Shown in pieces: positions 50,885-64,000 of a stretch of 64,000 nt of DNA. Each line of letters starts with the position of its first letter. Position 1 is the stretch's first letter. The notes beneath the pieces are model-generated. The model made no database searches. It was not told the origin of the DNA and worked only from the letters and a program-made list of their open reading frames with translations. The position numbers were made by a program, and so were the translations under genes. This DNA is from Okamejei kenojei (taxonomy: Eukaryota), in contig CM069171.1 of NCBI GenBank assembly GCA_035221665.1, positions 3,100,001 through 3,164,000 of the forward strand, written 5' to 3'.

Positions 50885-51312
50885 ACAAGAGCCCCAGTGA
50901 GACCACACCTGGAGTATTGTGTGCAGTTTTGCCCCCCTAATTTGAGGAAGGACATTCTTGCTATTGAGGGAGTGCAGCGTGGGTTTACAAGGTTAATTCC
51001 CAGGATGGCGGGACTGTCATATGCTGAGAGAATGGAGCAGCTGGGCTTGTACACTCTGGAGTTTAGGACACTCTGATGAGAGTGGGATGTTAATCACAAC
51101 ACTAGAGGCAGGAAACGTGTTCCCAATGTTGGGGGAGTCCAGAACCAGGGGCCACAGTTTAAGAATAAGGAGTAAGCCATTTAGAACGGTGATGAGGAAA
51201 CACAGTTTTTCTCACAGAGAGTGGTGAGTCTGTGGAATTCTCTTGCCTCAGAGGGCGGTGGAGGCTGGTTTCTCTGGATGTTTTCACGAGAGAGCTAGAT
51301 AGGGCTCTTAAA
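50885..51312 (+). mobile_element. CR1/HER1-type LINE fragment in intron 1
   Basis: VRPHLEYCVQFCPPNLRKDILAIEGVQ..EAGNVFPMLGESRTRGHSL. Confidence 0.85.
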
Positions 51313-51739
51313 AATAAAAATCTGTGAAGAGAGAATATACATATGGGTAGGAAGGAACTGAAGATACTGGTTTAAACCGAGGACAGACATAAAATGCTGG
51401 AGAAACACAGTGGGAAAGGCAGCATCTCTGGAGAGAAGGAATGGGTGACGTTTTGGGTCGAGACCCTCCTTCAGACTTAGACCTCTCCAGAGATGCTGCC
51501 TGTCCCGCTGAGTTACTCCAGCATTTTGTGCCTATCTTCAGTGTAAACCAGCATCTGCAGTTCCTTCCTGCACAACTTTCTTTGGTACTTCCAGCAGTTT
51601 TTAAAGTGCTGGAGGTACTCAGCAGGTCAGGCAGCATCTATGGAGGGAATGGATAGGGGATGTTTCGGGTGGGACCTTTCTTCAGACTGATCTTAGTCCA
51701 TTGCCTCCACAGACACTTCCTGACCCATTGTACCCCCCC

Positions 51740-51770
<31 letters not shown>

Positions 51771-51869
51771 TCTTCCAGCAGTTTGTGCTTTGCTCAAGAT
51801 TCAGGCGTCTGCAGCCTCTTGTGCCTCCAGTGCTTTGTATTTCAGCTTTCTGGCTTCCGCAGAAGACCC

Positions 51870-52266
51870 CTTAGAAGATTGAGGGGGGATCTTATAGAAA
51901 CGTACTAAATTTTTAAGGGGTTGGACAGGCTAGATGCAGGAAGATTGTCCCCGATGTTGGGGAAGTCCAGAACAAGGGGTCACAGTTTAAGGATAAGGGG
52001 GAAATCTTTTAGGACTGAGATGAGAAAAACATTTTTCACACAGAGAGTGGTGAATCTGTGGAATTCTCTGCCACAGATGGTAGTTGAGGCCACTTCATTG
52101 GCTATATTTAAGAGGGAGTTAGATGTGGCTAAAGGGACCAGGGGGTACGGAGAGAAGGCAGGTACAGGATACTGAGTTCGATGATCAGCCATGATCATAT
52201 TGAATGGCAGTGCAGGCTCGAAGGGCCGAATGGCCTACTCCTGCACCTATTTTCTCTGTTTCTATG
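51870..52266 (+). mobile_element. CR1/HER1-type LINE 3' end
   Basis: RRLRGDLIETY..LDRLDAGRLSPMLGKSRTRGHSL..GTGY* plus 3'UTR. Confidence 0.9.
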
Positions 52267-55200
52267 CAGTGTTTCTGCTTTGGTCGGAGAGCGGCAGGAC
52301 ATGGTGGGAGGGATTAAATGACAGAGAGGGGGGAGGGGGGGGGTAGGCTGAAGGGGGGAGGCGAAGCAAAGAAAAAGGAGAAATAAAATACGGGTCCAGG
52401 GTGGTGCGTGTGGGAATAGCGGAGTTGCCATCCAAAATTAAAGTGAAAAGTGATGACTCCCGAGGATAGACACAAAGTGCTGGAGTAACTCAGAGGCAGC
52501 ATCTCTGCATAGAAGGAATGGATGACATTTTGTGTCGAGGCCCTTCTTCAGTCCCCGAACGTCGCCCTTTCGAACTATTGCGAGACGCTGCCTGCCCCGC
52601 TGAGTTACTCCAGCATTTTGTGCCTTATCTTCGGTGTAAAGCAGCATACTGCAGTTCCTTCCCACACGGACCCAAGCAAACTGGGCCTCCATCCAGAGGT
52701 CCATGAGGTGGGTGGGAGCACGGTATGTGTGTTCCATTTCCCCAGATCCTCCCGATTGTGGCCACAGGACTGTACAGTGTAGAAACAAGGAACTGCAGGT
52801 GCTGGTTTACAAAAAAAAAGACTCAGTGCTGGAGTAACTCAATGGATCATTCAGCATTTCTGGAGAACGTGGACAGTTGAGTTTTTGTGACTGGGCGCTT
52901 CTTCAGACTGAGGGGGAGGAGGGGGGGGGGGGAGAAAGCTGGAAGAGAGGAAGGGCGGGAGAATTGGTGGACACAAGTGGGGCGAAGGGAAGTCGTATGT
53001 CTATGGTTGGACAAAGGCCATAGATGAAAAGAAGGTAGGCATGAGAATGTGACACGGGTCTGAAGAAAAGGTCCACGACCCGAATTGTCACTTTCAGTTA
53101 TCTCAAAAGAGGCTGCCTGACCATGACTGAGTTACTCCAGCATGCTTTGCCATTTTTTTTAAATTAAATTGTACAGCACAGGAACAGGCCAGGACTGGAA
53201 ACCAGGCCCCTTGGCCTACAACATGTCCGTGCCAAACACATACATGATACAGTGTTAAACTAACCTCATCCGACTCATCACACGCTTTTCACATATCTCT
53301 CCATTCCCTGCATTTCATGTGCCAATCTCTACTATAGAGGCATACTCACGCCGCTGTTGTATTATGTCTCCACACAATGGCAGCACATCTTCAAGATACC
53401 CAATCAACTCTTTTCGACTTAATATAAGATACAGCGTGTGAAACTGGCCCTTTGGCCCATCGAGTCGTGCTGACGGCAGTGATCGCCCCCACACTAGCAG
53501 CCCACAGACGCTGGGGAAAATTTTCAATTTCACACGAAAAGCTCAATTAATTTACAAACCTGGACGTCATGGCGACGTAGAGGATGACCGTACACCAGGA
53601 AGAAACACACAAAGCGAGTCACGGGGAGAATGGCGCAAAAACTACCCAAACAGTCAGCAGCTTGTATCGGATCGAACCTGGGTCTCTGACGCTGTGAGGT
53701 CAGAACCCTATCGCTCTGCACACCCCACGCTGTACACAAACATTGGTCGCACGCATTTCCTATAATCTTTGACTCTCTCAACCTTCGAGCTATGCCCTCT
53801 AGTCTAGACTCAAATGTTTCCATTTCTGGGGAAATGGGTTCTGGCCGTCTTCACCCATGTATGCCTCTCTAATCAATATAACCTTCCCATCAGGACTCCT
53901 TCAACAACCCGTACAGATCTATCATCCTCTCAACCACACCCATACACCTGCCTATCTCACAGCCTCATTACCCCAGACAACCCGTACTACACGAGAACAC
54001 ACCACTCCCAAACCCGCCATAAAAATATCACGACTTGACCTGCACAGACTGTTCTATGCCAATGAATTCACACAGATAACACCCCTCTCAACAAAAGAAA
54101 TTTCTCCTCATCTCCTTTCAAAAGTACGCCCGCTATATATTTTGAGGCAATACTCTGGGTACCACAACTCATCGACACACTAGTGGAAACAACCTCCCCA
54201 ACATCCGACTCTTAACTATGAGGTTTCCTCCCCCACACCCTCTCCCACATTTCTAAGATGTGTTGTTATGGAATGAATAGGTGCTGAAGGGCTGTCTCCG
54301 ACTCACTGGCTGATCTGCCCTATGGCCTTGCCCAAATCAATCCCTGGCAAAGTATCTATGAAGACGCGCGATTCCTGAACTTTCAGAAGGGGGAGGGGGG
54401 GGGTGGGAGGGGGGGCGGGGGGGATGATTTCTCTTCAAATATTACCATCATCAAACCGCCTCCATTTCCCTCCAAGCGAGGCTCCAGCTAACAAACCAGG
54501 TTGAGACCCTGTCACGCAATGACCAGGATTAAAGTTGATCTCACAATGAGATCCTGAGGAAAGGGCAAGTAATGTCCGCATGCCGTCTAGGCCCTTTCGA
54601 GCCTGCACCCGCCATTCAATATGATCATCGGCTGATCATCCAACTCAATATCCCGTACCAGCCTTCTCTCGCATACCCACTAGATCCCTTTACGCCACAA
54701 AGAGCCAACACTCCTACCTCCTCTTAAATATAGGCCAATAAACTGCCATCAACTACCTTCTGTGTCAGAGAATTCCACAGATTCCACTCTCTGTGTGAAT
54801 TTTAAGTTTTTTCTCATTGTGGTGGTGTAGCTGGCCTATGCAGGGTCAGCAACGACGCTGGGAGGGGGGATATCAAACCCTGACATGTGGTTTCAGTCAG
54901 ACGAAGTTAGATAGTTCCTACCCTGTGGACAGTGATGAGGTTTTCGCCGGCTCCCAGGTAGACTCTGGTTTCCTCCCACGCTCCAAAGCACGTCAGGTTG
55001 CGTAGGTCACTTGGCGACTTCACATGTAAATTGTCACAGCGTGTGTAGTGTGACACGACTGACATTCGTCGTGGAACTACAGTGCGGTCACCGAAGGTCC
55101 TGTTTCTAGCGGTGTATCTCTCTAAAACTAAAATTAGCGTCAAAAGATACTTTGTGGTATTAGAGAGGGAGAAAGAATCATGGTAAGGTGAAGCCAGTTT

Positions 55201-55827
55201 CTGATAGGGTTAGTCAGAGAATGGCGTGAGAGATGAGATGAATAGAAAGAACAGATTTCTCTTTAGTTAGATACAGCATCAAGGAAAATGGGACCTTCAA
55301 CCCACTGAACTGGAATATAGTAGGAAAACCAGAACACCCGGAGGAAGCCCATCGCGGACCGTCTAGGCAGGGAGAAACGTGCAAATTCTCCCACAAAGAC
55401 AGCACATCCGAGGTCAGGATCGAAACCACTGGGAACCTTGGCTGTGCTGCCCCGCCGCTCTCCATCAGGCGCCCACCGTGCCCGCCCATCGGTGATATTC
55501 CGCTGAGGCGTGTGGAATTATGGCGCAGATATACACAACCATTCCAGTGGTCCGTCTCTTCCCTTGTGTATTGAGCAAAGGTCTGCGCTGTCATCACAGT
55601 AGGGCTACGTCTTACACCTGCACCAGAGGATGCCTGCCCCACTGGAAAGGAAATCAGATATAAAGCTTAAAAACACCTAGCGGGAATTTACCTGCGAGGA
55701 GCATCATTTGCATCACAGCAGCACGGAAGCTGGCCATTCTGCCCTCCTGTTGATGTTTTATCTCTCACCCTCCCCTCCTCCCCCCCCCCTTGTGGTATCA
55801 TCAACTCTCCCCCTTGACTCCGCGCCC

Positions 55828-56321
55828 TTATGTCCCCTGACCCACTTTTAGGAAACCTGAACGAAACCTCTGGAGACTTTGCGCCCCACCAAGGTTCCCG
55901 GTGCGGTTCCCAGAGGTTTTTTTTTTTTTTGTCATGTCTCCCTATTGGTCGAAAGTGGTTTCCCGCTCTTCATTGTTTCCGGCGATTATTTTCTAAAAAT
56001 TGGAAAGAACCCTCCCCCGGGAACCTGACAAAAACCTCCGGGATACCCGCAACGTAAACAGCGCTTGCGGCGCCGAGACCCGTTCGATCCCGACTACGGT
56101 GTGCTGTCCTGTACGAGAACATGCTTATCCTCCACCCGTTCGTTCTCCCTAATGTGGTTTCCGTTTTAAAAATTGACATTTTTTTTAGTCGAAGCCGGTC
56201 ACGATGCTAGTTGAAGGTGGTTGCCTGGAGACAAAAACCTCCGGGACCGCACGGAAACCTTGGGTGGTGCGCAAAGCCCTCCAGAGGTTTTCCGTTCAGC
56301 GTTCCAAGTGGGACAGGGCAT
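55828..56321. mobile_element. Harbinger-like MITE (error-rich copy) with internal SINE-head fragment
   Basis: Ends atgtcccctgacccactt / aagtgggacagggcat; internal inverted segments; gagacccgttcgatcccgactacg at ~56075. Confidence 0.6.
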
Positions 56322-57034
56322 TAGACAGTGTCTTGAGGAGGGTTCCGCACTGGTCTCCATCTCCTGCATCGGATTTTTGCACGAGTGACCTATTATTTTT
56401 GGTGGGCCTCCTACCTCCTCTCCTTCAACTGGAAACATCTTCTCTGGCGACTATTCCCATAGCTGCAAAGCTCAGGAGAGGCCCTTCATCCCACAATGTC
56501 CGTCTAACATGGTCCCAAAAGCACAACTAATCCCTTTGCATAGCTCTGCAACTGTCAATATCCAACCATAACCTGCATATCATGCCCGATCAACAAGCCC
56601 TCTTAAACGCCACAACCACCCGCCACCCCCGCAACGTGTTCCCCAGCCAACAGCACCGCATGTGTTAAATAACTAGATAGAAGCAACGGCACATCTCCTT
56701 AGAACTTCCCCCCCCTCGCCCTTTCATACAGCTATGCCCTCAGTCTTTGACATTTCCACCTGGAAGGTTCTGATGTCTAACCCTATCTACGTCTCTCATA
56801 ATTTTAAAATACTTCTAATCAAGATCTCCCCTCAACCTCTACCTCTGCTTTCCGAGAAAACAATCCAAATCTATGCAACCTCACCTTGGTATCTGAAACG
56901 CTCTAATCCAGCATTTTCCTCCGTGCACGAGGGTTAATGGACCTCTGGCGGGAGCTCCACCTCGTTCCATCTGAAACTCGATCTGTGGACTGTTTACACA
57001 CAAGCAGCTGCCTCCTGCCAAACAACCGAGCAAT

Positions 57035-57500
57035 CCCCACCTCTCCCTCCCCTCCCTCCTCTCCCCCCTCTCCCCCTCTCTCACTGCCCCCCTCTCTCTC
57101 CCCCATTCCCCCTCCATCCTCCCCTCCCCCTCTCCCCTCTTCCTCCCCTCCCCCTCCCACCTCTCTCCTGCCCCCCACTCTCCCCCCCCTCTCTCCCCCC
57201 CCTCTCCCCCCCCCTCTCTCCCCCCGCCTCTCTCCCCCCCCTCTCTCCTCCCCCCTCTCTCCCCCCTCCCTCTCTCCCCCTCCCTCCCCCTTCTCTCACC
57301 CCCCTCTCTCCCCCCCCCCTCTCTCCCCCCCCTCTCACCCCCCCCTCTCTCCCCCCCCACTCTCCCTCTCTCCCCCCCCCCACACCCCCCCCTCTCTCCC
57401 CCCTCTCCCCCCCTCTCCTTTCCCTCCCCTCCCCGCCCCCCCAACTCCTCCCTCCCTCACCCCTCCCCTCTCCCCCTCTCCCCACCTGCCCAACCCCCAC
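57035..57500. repeat. C/T low-complexity tract (G-rich on minus strand)
   Basis: (ccccctct)n-like sequence. Confidence 0.9.
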
Positions 57501-57912
57501 TGTGTTCAGGGTCTGAAGACCACGCTCGGTTTTGGTGTCCCCGTTGGCTTGGCACCGGCAGCGGAGCTGCCATCTGCTCCTCCAGTGCCCCTGTGCCTAC
57601 ACTGCACCAACAAATTAAGAGTCAGCCTCGCAGACGTGATAATTAGCCTCTAATTACCAATTAGCGGAGGAGCAGCTTCCCCAAGAGGAGTGCACCTTGG
57701 GTGAGAGGTGAACGATCACTGCTGGTGCTGAACCATTTAACTGGACCCACCCTCCGCCACCACACACACACACTGCCCACGGTGGGAACGTCAAAGACTT
57801 ACCAAATGTCAAAGTTCTTCATCCAGAGGGTGGTGCATCTGTGGCATTCATTGCCGTGGAGGCCAGGTCGTTTGGTATTTTTACAGCGGAGATCGATAGG
57901 TACTTGATTGGC

Positions 57913-58195
57913 ATTTAGTGATATAGCGTGGAAATAGGCCCTTCGGCCCACCGCGTACATACTGGCCAGCGATCACCCCGTACACCAGCACTATCCTATA
58001 TGCTAGGGGAAATTTATCACTTTATCGAAGCCAATTAAATTACAAACCCGTACGACTTTGGAGTGTGGGAGGAAACCGGAGCACCCGGAGATAACCGATG
58101 TGGCCAGAGGGAGAACGTACAAACTCCGTACGGACAGCGCCCGTAGTCAGGATCGTACCTGGGTCTCTGGTGCTGTAAGGCAGCAGCTCTATTGT
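57913..58195 (-). mobile_element. HE1-type V-SINE
   Basis: Reverse complement of SINE consensus. Confidence 0.8.
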
Positions 58196-58942
58196 GAACT
58201 GTTGTGCTAAACTCTAGTTTAGTTTATTATCACGAATACTGAGGTACAGTGAAAAGCTTTTTTACGTTGTTGTTGCTGTCTGCTATCCAGTCATGGGAAA
58301 GACTATGTATAATTACAATCAAGTTGCCTACAGTAAACTGATACAGGATGAAGGGAAGGTTGACAAGAATGCTGCAGAACACAGCGGGTCAGCAGCATCT
58401 ATGGAGCAAAGGAAAATGGGCGACGTTTCGGGTCGAGACCCTTCTTCAGACTGATGTGAGGGGGAAGAAGAAAGGAAGAGGTGGAGACAGTGGGCTGAGA
58501 AGGGGAGGAGATAATATTTTAGTGCGAGATTAATTCTGACTAAAGACTGTTTGAGGGCCTCCAATGAGGTAGATGGTAGGTCATGACCGCTCTATAGTTT
58601 TTTTTTTAAATTTCAATATAACTTTATTCGAATGATAAATATATACAATACATTAACCTTGCGGTAAATCCATCCGACATTTTCGGAGGTCGCTGTACAA
58701 TAGATCAATACAGTTTAGACATTTTCTTTTTACCCAAGTTTCCACAAATCAGTCCCCCTCACTCCATGCCACATTGGCGTGGGATTGACCGCTTATCTAT
58801 AGTTGGTGGCAGGGTGGTTCAGTTGCCCGATAACAGCTGGAAGGAAACTGCCCCTGAATCGGGAGGTGTGCGTTTTCACACTTAATTAGTCAAGGGTGTT
58901 AAAGTTTACAAGGAGAATGGGGTTGAGAGGGAACGGTAGATC

Positions 58943-59474
58943 ATAGAAGCAGAGGAAAATAGGTGCCGGAGGAGGCCATTTGGCCCTTTGAGCCAGCATC
59001 GCCATTCAATATGATCATGGCTGATCATCCACAATCAGTAACCCGTGCCTGCCTTCTCCCCATATCACTTGATTCTGCTAGCCACTTGAGCTCTATCTAA
59101 CTGTTTTAAATTCATCCAGTGAATTGGCCTCCACTGCCCTCTGTGGCAGGGAATTCCACAAATTCACAACTCTCTGGGTGAAAAAGTTTTTTCTCACCTC
59201 AGTCTTAAATGACCTCGCCTTTATTCTAAGAATGTGGCCCCTGGTTCTGGACTCGCCCAACATTGGGAACATTTTTCCTGCATCTAGCTTGTCCAGTTCT
59301 CTTATCATTATATACGTTTCTATAAGATCCCCCCCTCATCCTTTTAAATTCCAGTGAATACAAGTCCAGTCTTTCCAATTTTTCCTCATATGGCAGTCCC
59401 GCCATCCCGGGGATTAACCTGGAGAACCTTCGCTGCACTGCCTCAATAGCAAGGATGTCCTTCCTCAAATTAGG
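58943..59474 (-). mobile_element. CR1/HER1-type LINE 3' fragment
   Basis: PNLRKDILAIEAVQRRFSRLIPG..LDAGKMFPMLGESRTRGH..LWNSLPQ. Confidence 0.9.
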
Positions 59475-60518
59475 ATCGGTCGGAGATAGAAGGTAGACAA
59501 AAATGCTGGAGAAACTCAGCGGGTGAGGCAGCATCTATGGAGCAAAGGAATAAGTGATGTTTCGAATCGAGACCCTTCTTCAGGTAGAGATTGGGGGCAG
59601 TCAGCACCTTTTCCCCAGGTTAGAAATATCAAGTTCTGGAGAGCATAGCTTTAGGTATAAAATTTAAATTTTAATTAACACAGAAGGTGCTGAGTGCCTG
59701 CAAAGAATTGGCAACAGCCATGGGGCAGATACGGTGGTGACGTTTCAGAAGCGATTTGGATAGGCACATAGATATGCCAAGAGTGAAGGGAAATGGATTG
59801 CGTGCAGGCAGAGTGGATTAGTCTAATTTGTCATCCAGATTGACACGGACATGGCGGGTGGAAGGGCATGTTCCTGTACTGTTCTGTTCTTATCCCAGCT
59901 GTATAAACAGGGTTTTGAATGCCCTCAAGCTTAAAGCGCTCAGAAATAGATACATCGACTTTGATTAGCTGAAGGTGATATCAGTGGAGCCTTTTGGAGA
60001 TACCTTTACTTGTAACTTAACCTGGCTAATGAAACTTTCAGCAGTTCCATCGCTCAGCAGACTGAAACCAAGTCTCGTTAATCTTTCGTCCGCTCGGTGT
60101 CGGTGCCAGGGAGTGACTCCTGGCCAGCGGCAACGATGCCTGGGATCTGGGAAACGCGCTTTGGTTTAGTTTAGTTTGGAGATACAGAGCGGAAACAGGC
60201 CCTTCGGCCCACCGAGCCTACGCCGACCAGCGATCCCCGCACCTTAATACTATCCCTCCCCCTCGCGGGGCAGGCGGCATCTCTGGAGAAAAAGGATCGG
60301 TGATGTTTTGAGTCTGAACCTTTCCTCAGACCAGCCAAGACTCACTCCCTCCCTCCCCTTTCTTGATCTCTCCGTCACAGGAGATAGACTATCGACTGAA
60401 GAAGGGATCCGACCCGAAACGTCACCTATCCTTTCTCTCTGGAGATGCTGTCTGATCTCCTGAGTTACTCCAGCACTTTGCATCTATGTTTGGTATAAAC
60501 CAGCACCTGCAGTTCCTT

Positions 60519-60897
60519 CAATGGTGTTTTATCATTAATGTTTTATTATTATTAATGTTTACTGTTTTCTGAATCATTTGTAACTGTCACTGTGTGTCGT
60601 GTTGTTACTTGTGAGCGGAGCACCAAGGCAAATTGCTTGTATGTGAATACTTGGCCAATAAACTTACTTACTTAACGCCGGGCACTAATAAAACATTCAT
60701 GATAAAACACCATTGATTAAGCATGTGAACCAACAAAATACCAGATCAAAGGGAGGCTACAGATTTCTGGCTGTTGAGTAGAGCAACTATTCTTGGATAA
60801 AAACTGTTTTTATGTCTGGCTGTGGCAGCTTTGACAGTCCGGAGTCGCCTTCCAGAGGGAAGTGATTCAAAGAGTTTGTGGCCCAGGGTGAGAGGGG
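60519..60897. mobile_element. Rex1/Babar-type LINE 3' fragment with inverted terminus
   Basis: 60688-60897 (minus) matches 40850-41062; 60519-60675 (plus) matches 41033-41188. Confidence 0.75.
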
Positions 60898-62519
60898 TCA
60901 GAGATGACTCCCAGAGGCTGCCATGCTGTCTATTGAGAGTCAATAGACTGTGTGTGTGTGTCACCCAGCAACACTCGCAGTGCCGTGTAACAGAGTCGGG
61001 AGAGAGGAATGCAAACATACTTGTGCAGATAATTGGACGTGGCAGGGCTCCAACCTGCCTGCCTCCTGACCTGGCCGGCTGCCGCCCAGGATCACCGCTG
61101 GCCACAGCTACACCCTGACTCCACAGCCCTGCGTCCGCCACACCACGCCGGCCCCCTCCCCCACGCGGGCTACCGGTTCCATTCCCACTCCAGGCTCAGC
61201 GAGTGCCCCCCGCAGCGCAGCAGGTAGAGCTGCTGCCTCACTGCCCCAGAGTCTAAAACCACAGCACATGGCCTCAAAATTAAAGGACGTTCCGTGAGGA
61301 GGAATTGGTGGTCCTGAAGAAGGCCAAGTGGTTTTTTAAGACGGAGATAGATTCTTGATTAGTACGGGTGTTCGGGGGTTGTGGGGAGAAGGCAGGAGAA
61401 TGGGGTTAGAGGGAGAGATAGATCAGCCTTGATAGAATCTTGATAGAAATCAATTCAGCAATTAAAGCAATCGCACAGTTTCACACTTCAAACCCTGAGC
61501 CCAAACTAAAAACTGCCCCTGGACTTTGACACTCGCCGGTTAACCAGCCCCTGCTATCAGTCCTTTCACATATGGACCCAGGTTCAATCCTGACGTGTGT
61601 GTGTGTGTGTGTGTGTCCTCCCTGTGCGACGGTTTCCTTCCACATCCCAATACGTGCAGGAGTAGGCCATTCGGCCCTTCGAGCCAGCACCGCCATTCAA
61701 TGTGATCGTGGCTGATCATCCCCAATCAGTACCCCCGTTCCTGCCTTCTCCCCATATCCCCCTGACTCCACGATGTTTAAGAGCCCTATCTAGATCTCTC
61801 TCGAAAGTATCCAGAGAACCGGCCTCCACCGCCTGAAGACCTGTCCCGGCTGGCTTGTGGGTTAGATGTGGGTGCATCTTTAAACTAAACTAAACAGGAA
61901 CTCTGGAGAGACATTATTTTAATCAAAATAAAAAATACATGCAAAACATGAACTTTGCAAAAATTCTTCCGACATTCTCGGGGCTAAATGTACATCATAG
62001 TGCGTTGAAATTAGGTCAGGTTCACTGCGAATTTCAATACCTGGCACCCTTGCCATTTATGTAGCAAGAAGGATAGTTGGGTTGAAAGAACTGCAGGATG
62101 CTGGTTTAATCGAAGATTGGACACAAAATGCTGGAGTAACCAGCGCAGACGGCACAGGCAGCATCTCTGGAGAGAAGGAATGGGTGACGTTTCGGGACCA
62201 AACGTCCACCCCTTCCTCTCTCAGAGATGCAGCCTGTCCCCGCTGAGTTTACTCCAGCATTTTGTGTCTATCTCCGTGAGAGTGGATGAATTGTGGAGTA
62301 TTGTTTGCAGCATATTCGAGGCCCTAACTCTGTGAGTTTTGATGATTTCTAGTTCACCTTTACAAGCCAGGCAGGGCTGGTACAACCGCTGAGTGTCAAA
62401 GATCCCAGGCATTTTTAGTTGGCTCAGGGTTTGAAGTGTGAAACGACTCGATTGCTTTAATTGCTGAATTGGTTTCTTATCACCAGCGCCACTGTCCACT
62501 TCCATCTACAGACCAGAAT

Positions 62520-63230
62520 CATTGCGCATCTCTGATTTGGGCGCTAAATAAACCGACGGAGATTTTCTCCAGGGACCATTCGGAAGACAGACATCGGTGT
62601 CCTGTTGGGCGATCGGGGATCGCGCGCGTTGGCAGTCTGCCAGAACCTTGTGGCCTTCCCAGATCCAGCGCGAGGTCTCCCTCTGCGGAATGTTGCCGAC
62701 TGGCCCGCGTATCCAACCGACTGCTGCGAGGGACTCACTGAGCTCGTGCAGCCAGCGCCTAAAGACCTACAAGCGAGCAAGATAACACTCGACGAAAAAA
62801 AGGCGCAGTCCGGTTCCGAGAGGGCAGATTCACCGGTAATTTCCAGGGCCCATTTCCGTAACCGCTTCCGTCTCTCTCCCATCCCAAAGATCCGTAGCGG
62901 AGCCAAGAATAACCAGTGCGGAGACAGGAAGCCGTTACGATACATCCTGCGTAAAAACAAAGTTATTTGGTAAAAAGCTTCTCCCTATTTTCAGGATTTT
63001 AATTTTACTAACACAAACAAGTTCCCACCGCAATGTTGATTAACACACTGGCTAGTCGGGTCTGGTTTCGAAAATGGATGTAAAAAGGCCCACGTTCTGC
63101 TCCGTTGTGTACTACACGCCAGCCCCAATAAGCGTTAGCAGGGAGTGTCTATTTAATCTTGGTTCGCGATAGGATCTTTGGCCAACACCCAAAGGCTCTG
63201 TGGGGACGGACCACAGTTCTCGTGGGTCCT
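62520..63230. mobile_element. Unclassified CpG-rich interspersed element (probable transposon remnant)
   Basis: CpG-rich block without promoter motifs or recognisable ORF homology, in an error-rich region. Confidence 0.3.
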
Positions 63231-64000
63231 GCTGCTAGCTGGACGTTTAAAGCACTTCTTTCACACAAGTAGGATATCACCCCAGGTGCGGCCAACATGT
63301 ATGTCAAGTGCTTGACTTTAGAGACCATAGTCTTGAACAGCCTAACTGGCTACAGATTCATTCCAAACCAATTCCACGCTGACCAGGCGATATCGCTGTA
63401 CCACTTCTTCTGCGATTGAAACATAAACCAACGCGGAATAGTTGGGATCTCCAAGCAGGTTGTTGCTCTGTTGCGTGCCAATGTCTGCCAGGTGCCTGAC
63501 ACAGCTCACCCATTTGGTGGGTGGTGAGCGGCACCCGAGAATGACATTGGTGGCGAGCTGTCAGTTGTTCAGCCTCCGCATTTTTCCACAGCTGGGCTCT
63601 GGGCGGAGGGAGCGCCCCATCTCCACACGCTTGGCATTGGAACGCCCCAACTCCAGGTACCAAGTCTGTGATAGACCTCACACCATGCCCCAGTACACTG
63701 ATAGCTATCCTCGCATAGCTTGGACAATTTTACAACTCACCCGAAGCCAAATTTAACATGCAAACCTGTACGTCATCGTGGACGTTGGGTGAAAACCAGA
63801 ATGCCCAGAAAAAAACACAGCACGCGGTCCCATGTGAAGGAGAGGTACAAACTCTGTGACAGACAGCGCCCATAGTCAGGATTGAACCCGTGGCCTCTGG
63901 AACTGTGGACGCCACTTTGTGTATATAGCTGCGAACATTACTGACTAGACACTAAAAATACGAGCGTAAGACGCTGAAAATGATCGACGAGTTGTACATT

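Noticed and set aside
56881-57653. Proline-rich / Gly-Glu-Arg-rich ORFs
   Set aside because: Translation of a C/T low-complexity tract.

Overview
Eukaryotic, repeat-dense vertebrate DNA, most likely a cartilaginous fish (skate/ray). This is inferred from the HE1-type V-SINEs, HER1/CR1-type LINEs and abundant Penelope-derived repeats. Only one protein-coding exon is clearly recognisable: the first coding exon (SH3 + kinase N-half) of a mixed-lineage kinase, best matching MAP3K10/MLK2 (50086-50812, +), behind its own CpG island. A divergent minus-strand gene appears to start at a ZNF143/YY1 CpG island near 32.5-33.0 kb, with a second island at 34.9-35.3 kb. Bases 1-32.5 kb look like its long first intron(s); SIPA1L3 is a guess from paralogon synteny only. 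Nearly all other ORFs are TE fragments or repeat artefacts. Most notable: (1) two TSD-flanked copies of a tiny (114/137 bp) retroelement that begins exactly at G1 of a 54-nt minimal HDV/CPEB3-like ribozyme fold; (2) a 13 x 49-bp tandem array of Penelope-type minimal hammerhead motifs upstream of the kinase promoter; (3) a promoter split by a LINE-derived minisatellite and flanked by a kB-site-rich minisatellite; (4) a 164-bp target-site-like duplication. About 53-57 kb and 62-64 kb look like unpolished, error-rich consensus. All calls were made by eye; TE boundaries are approximate.
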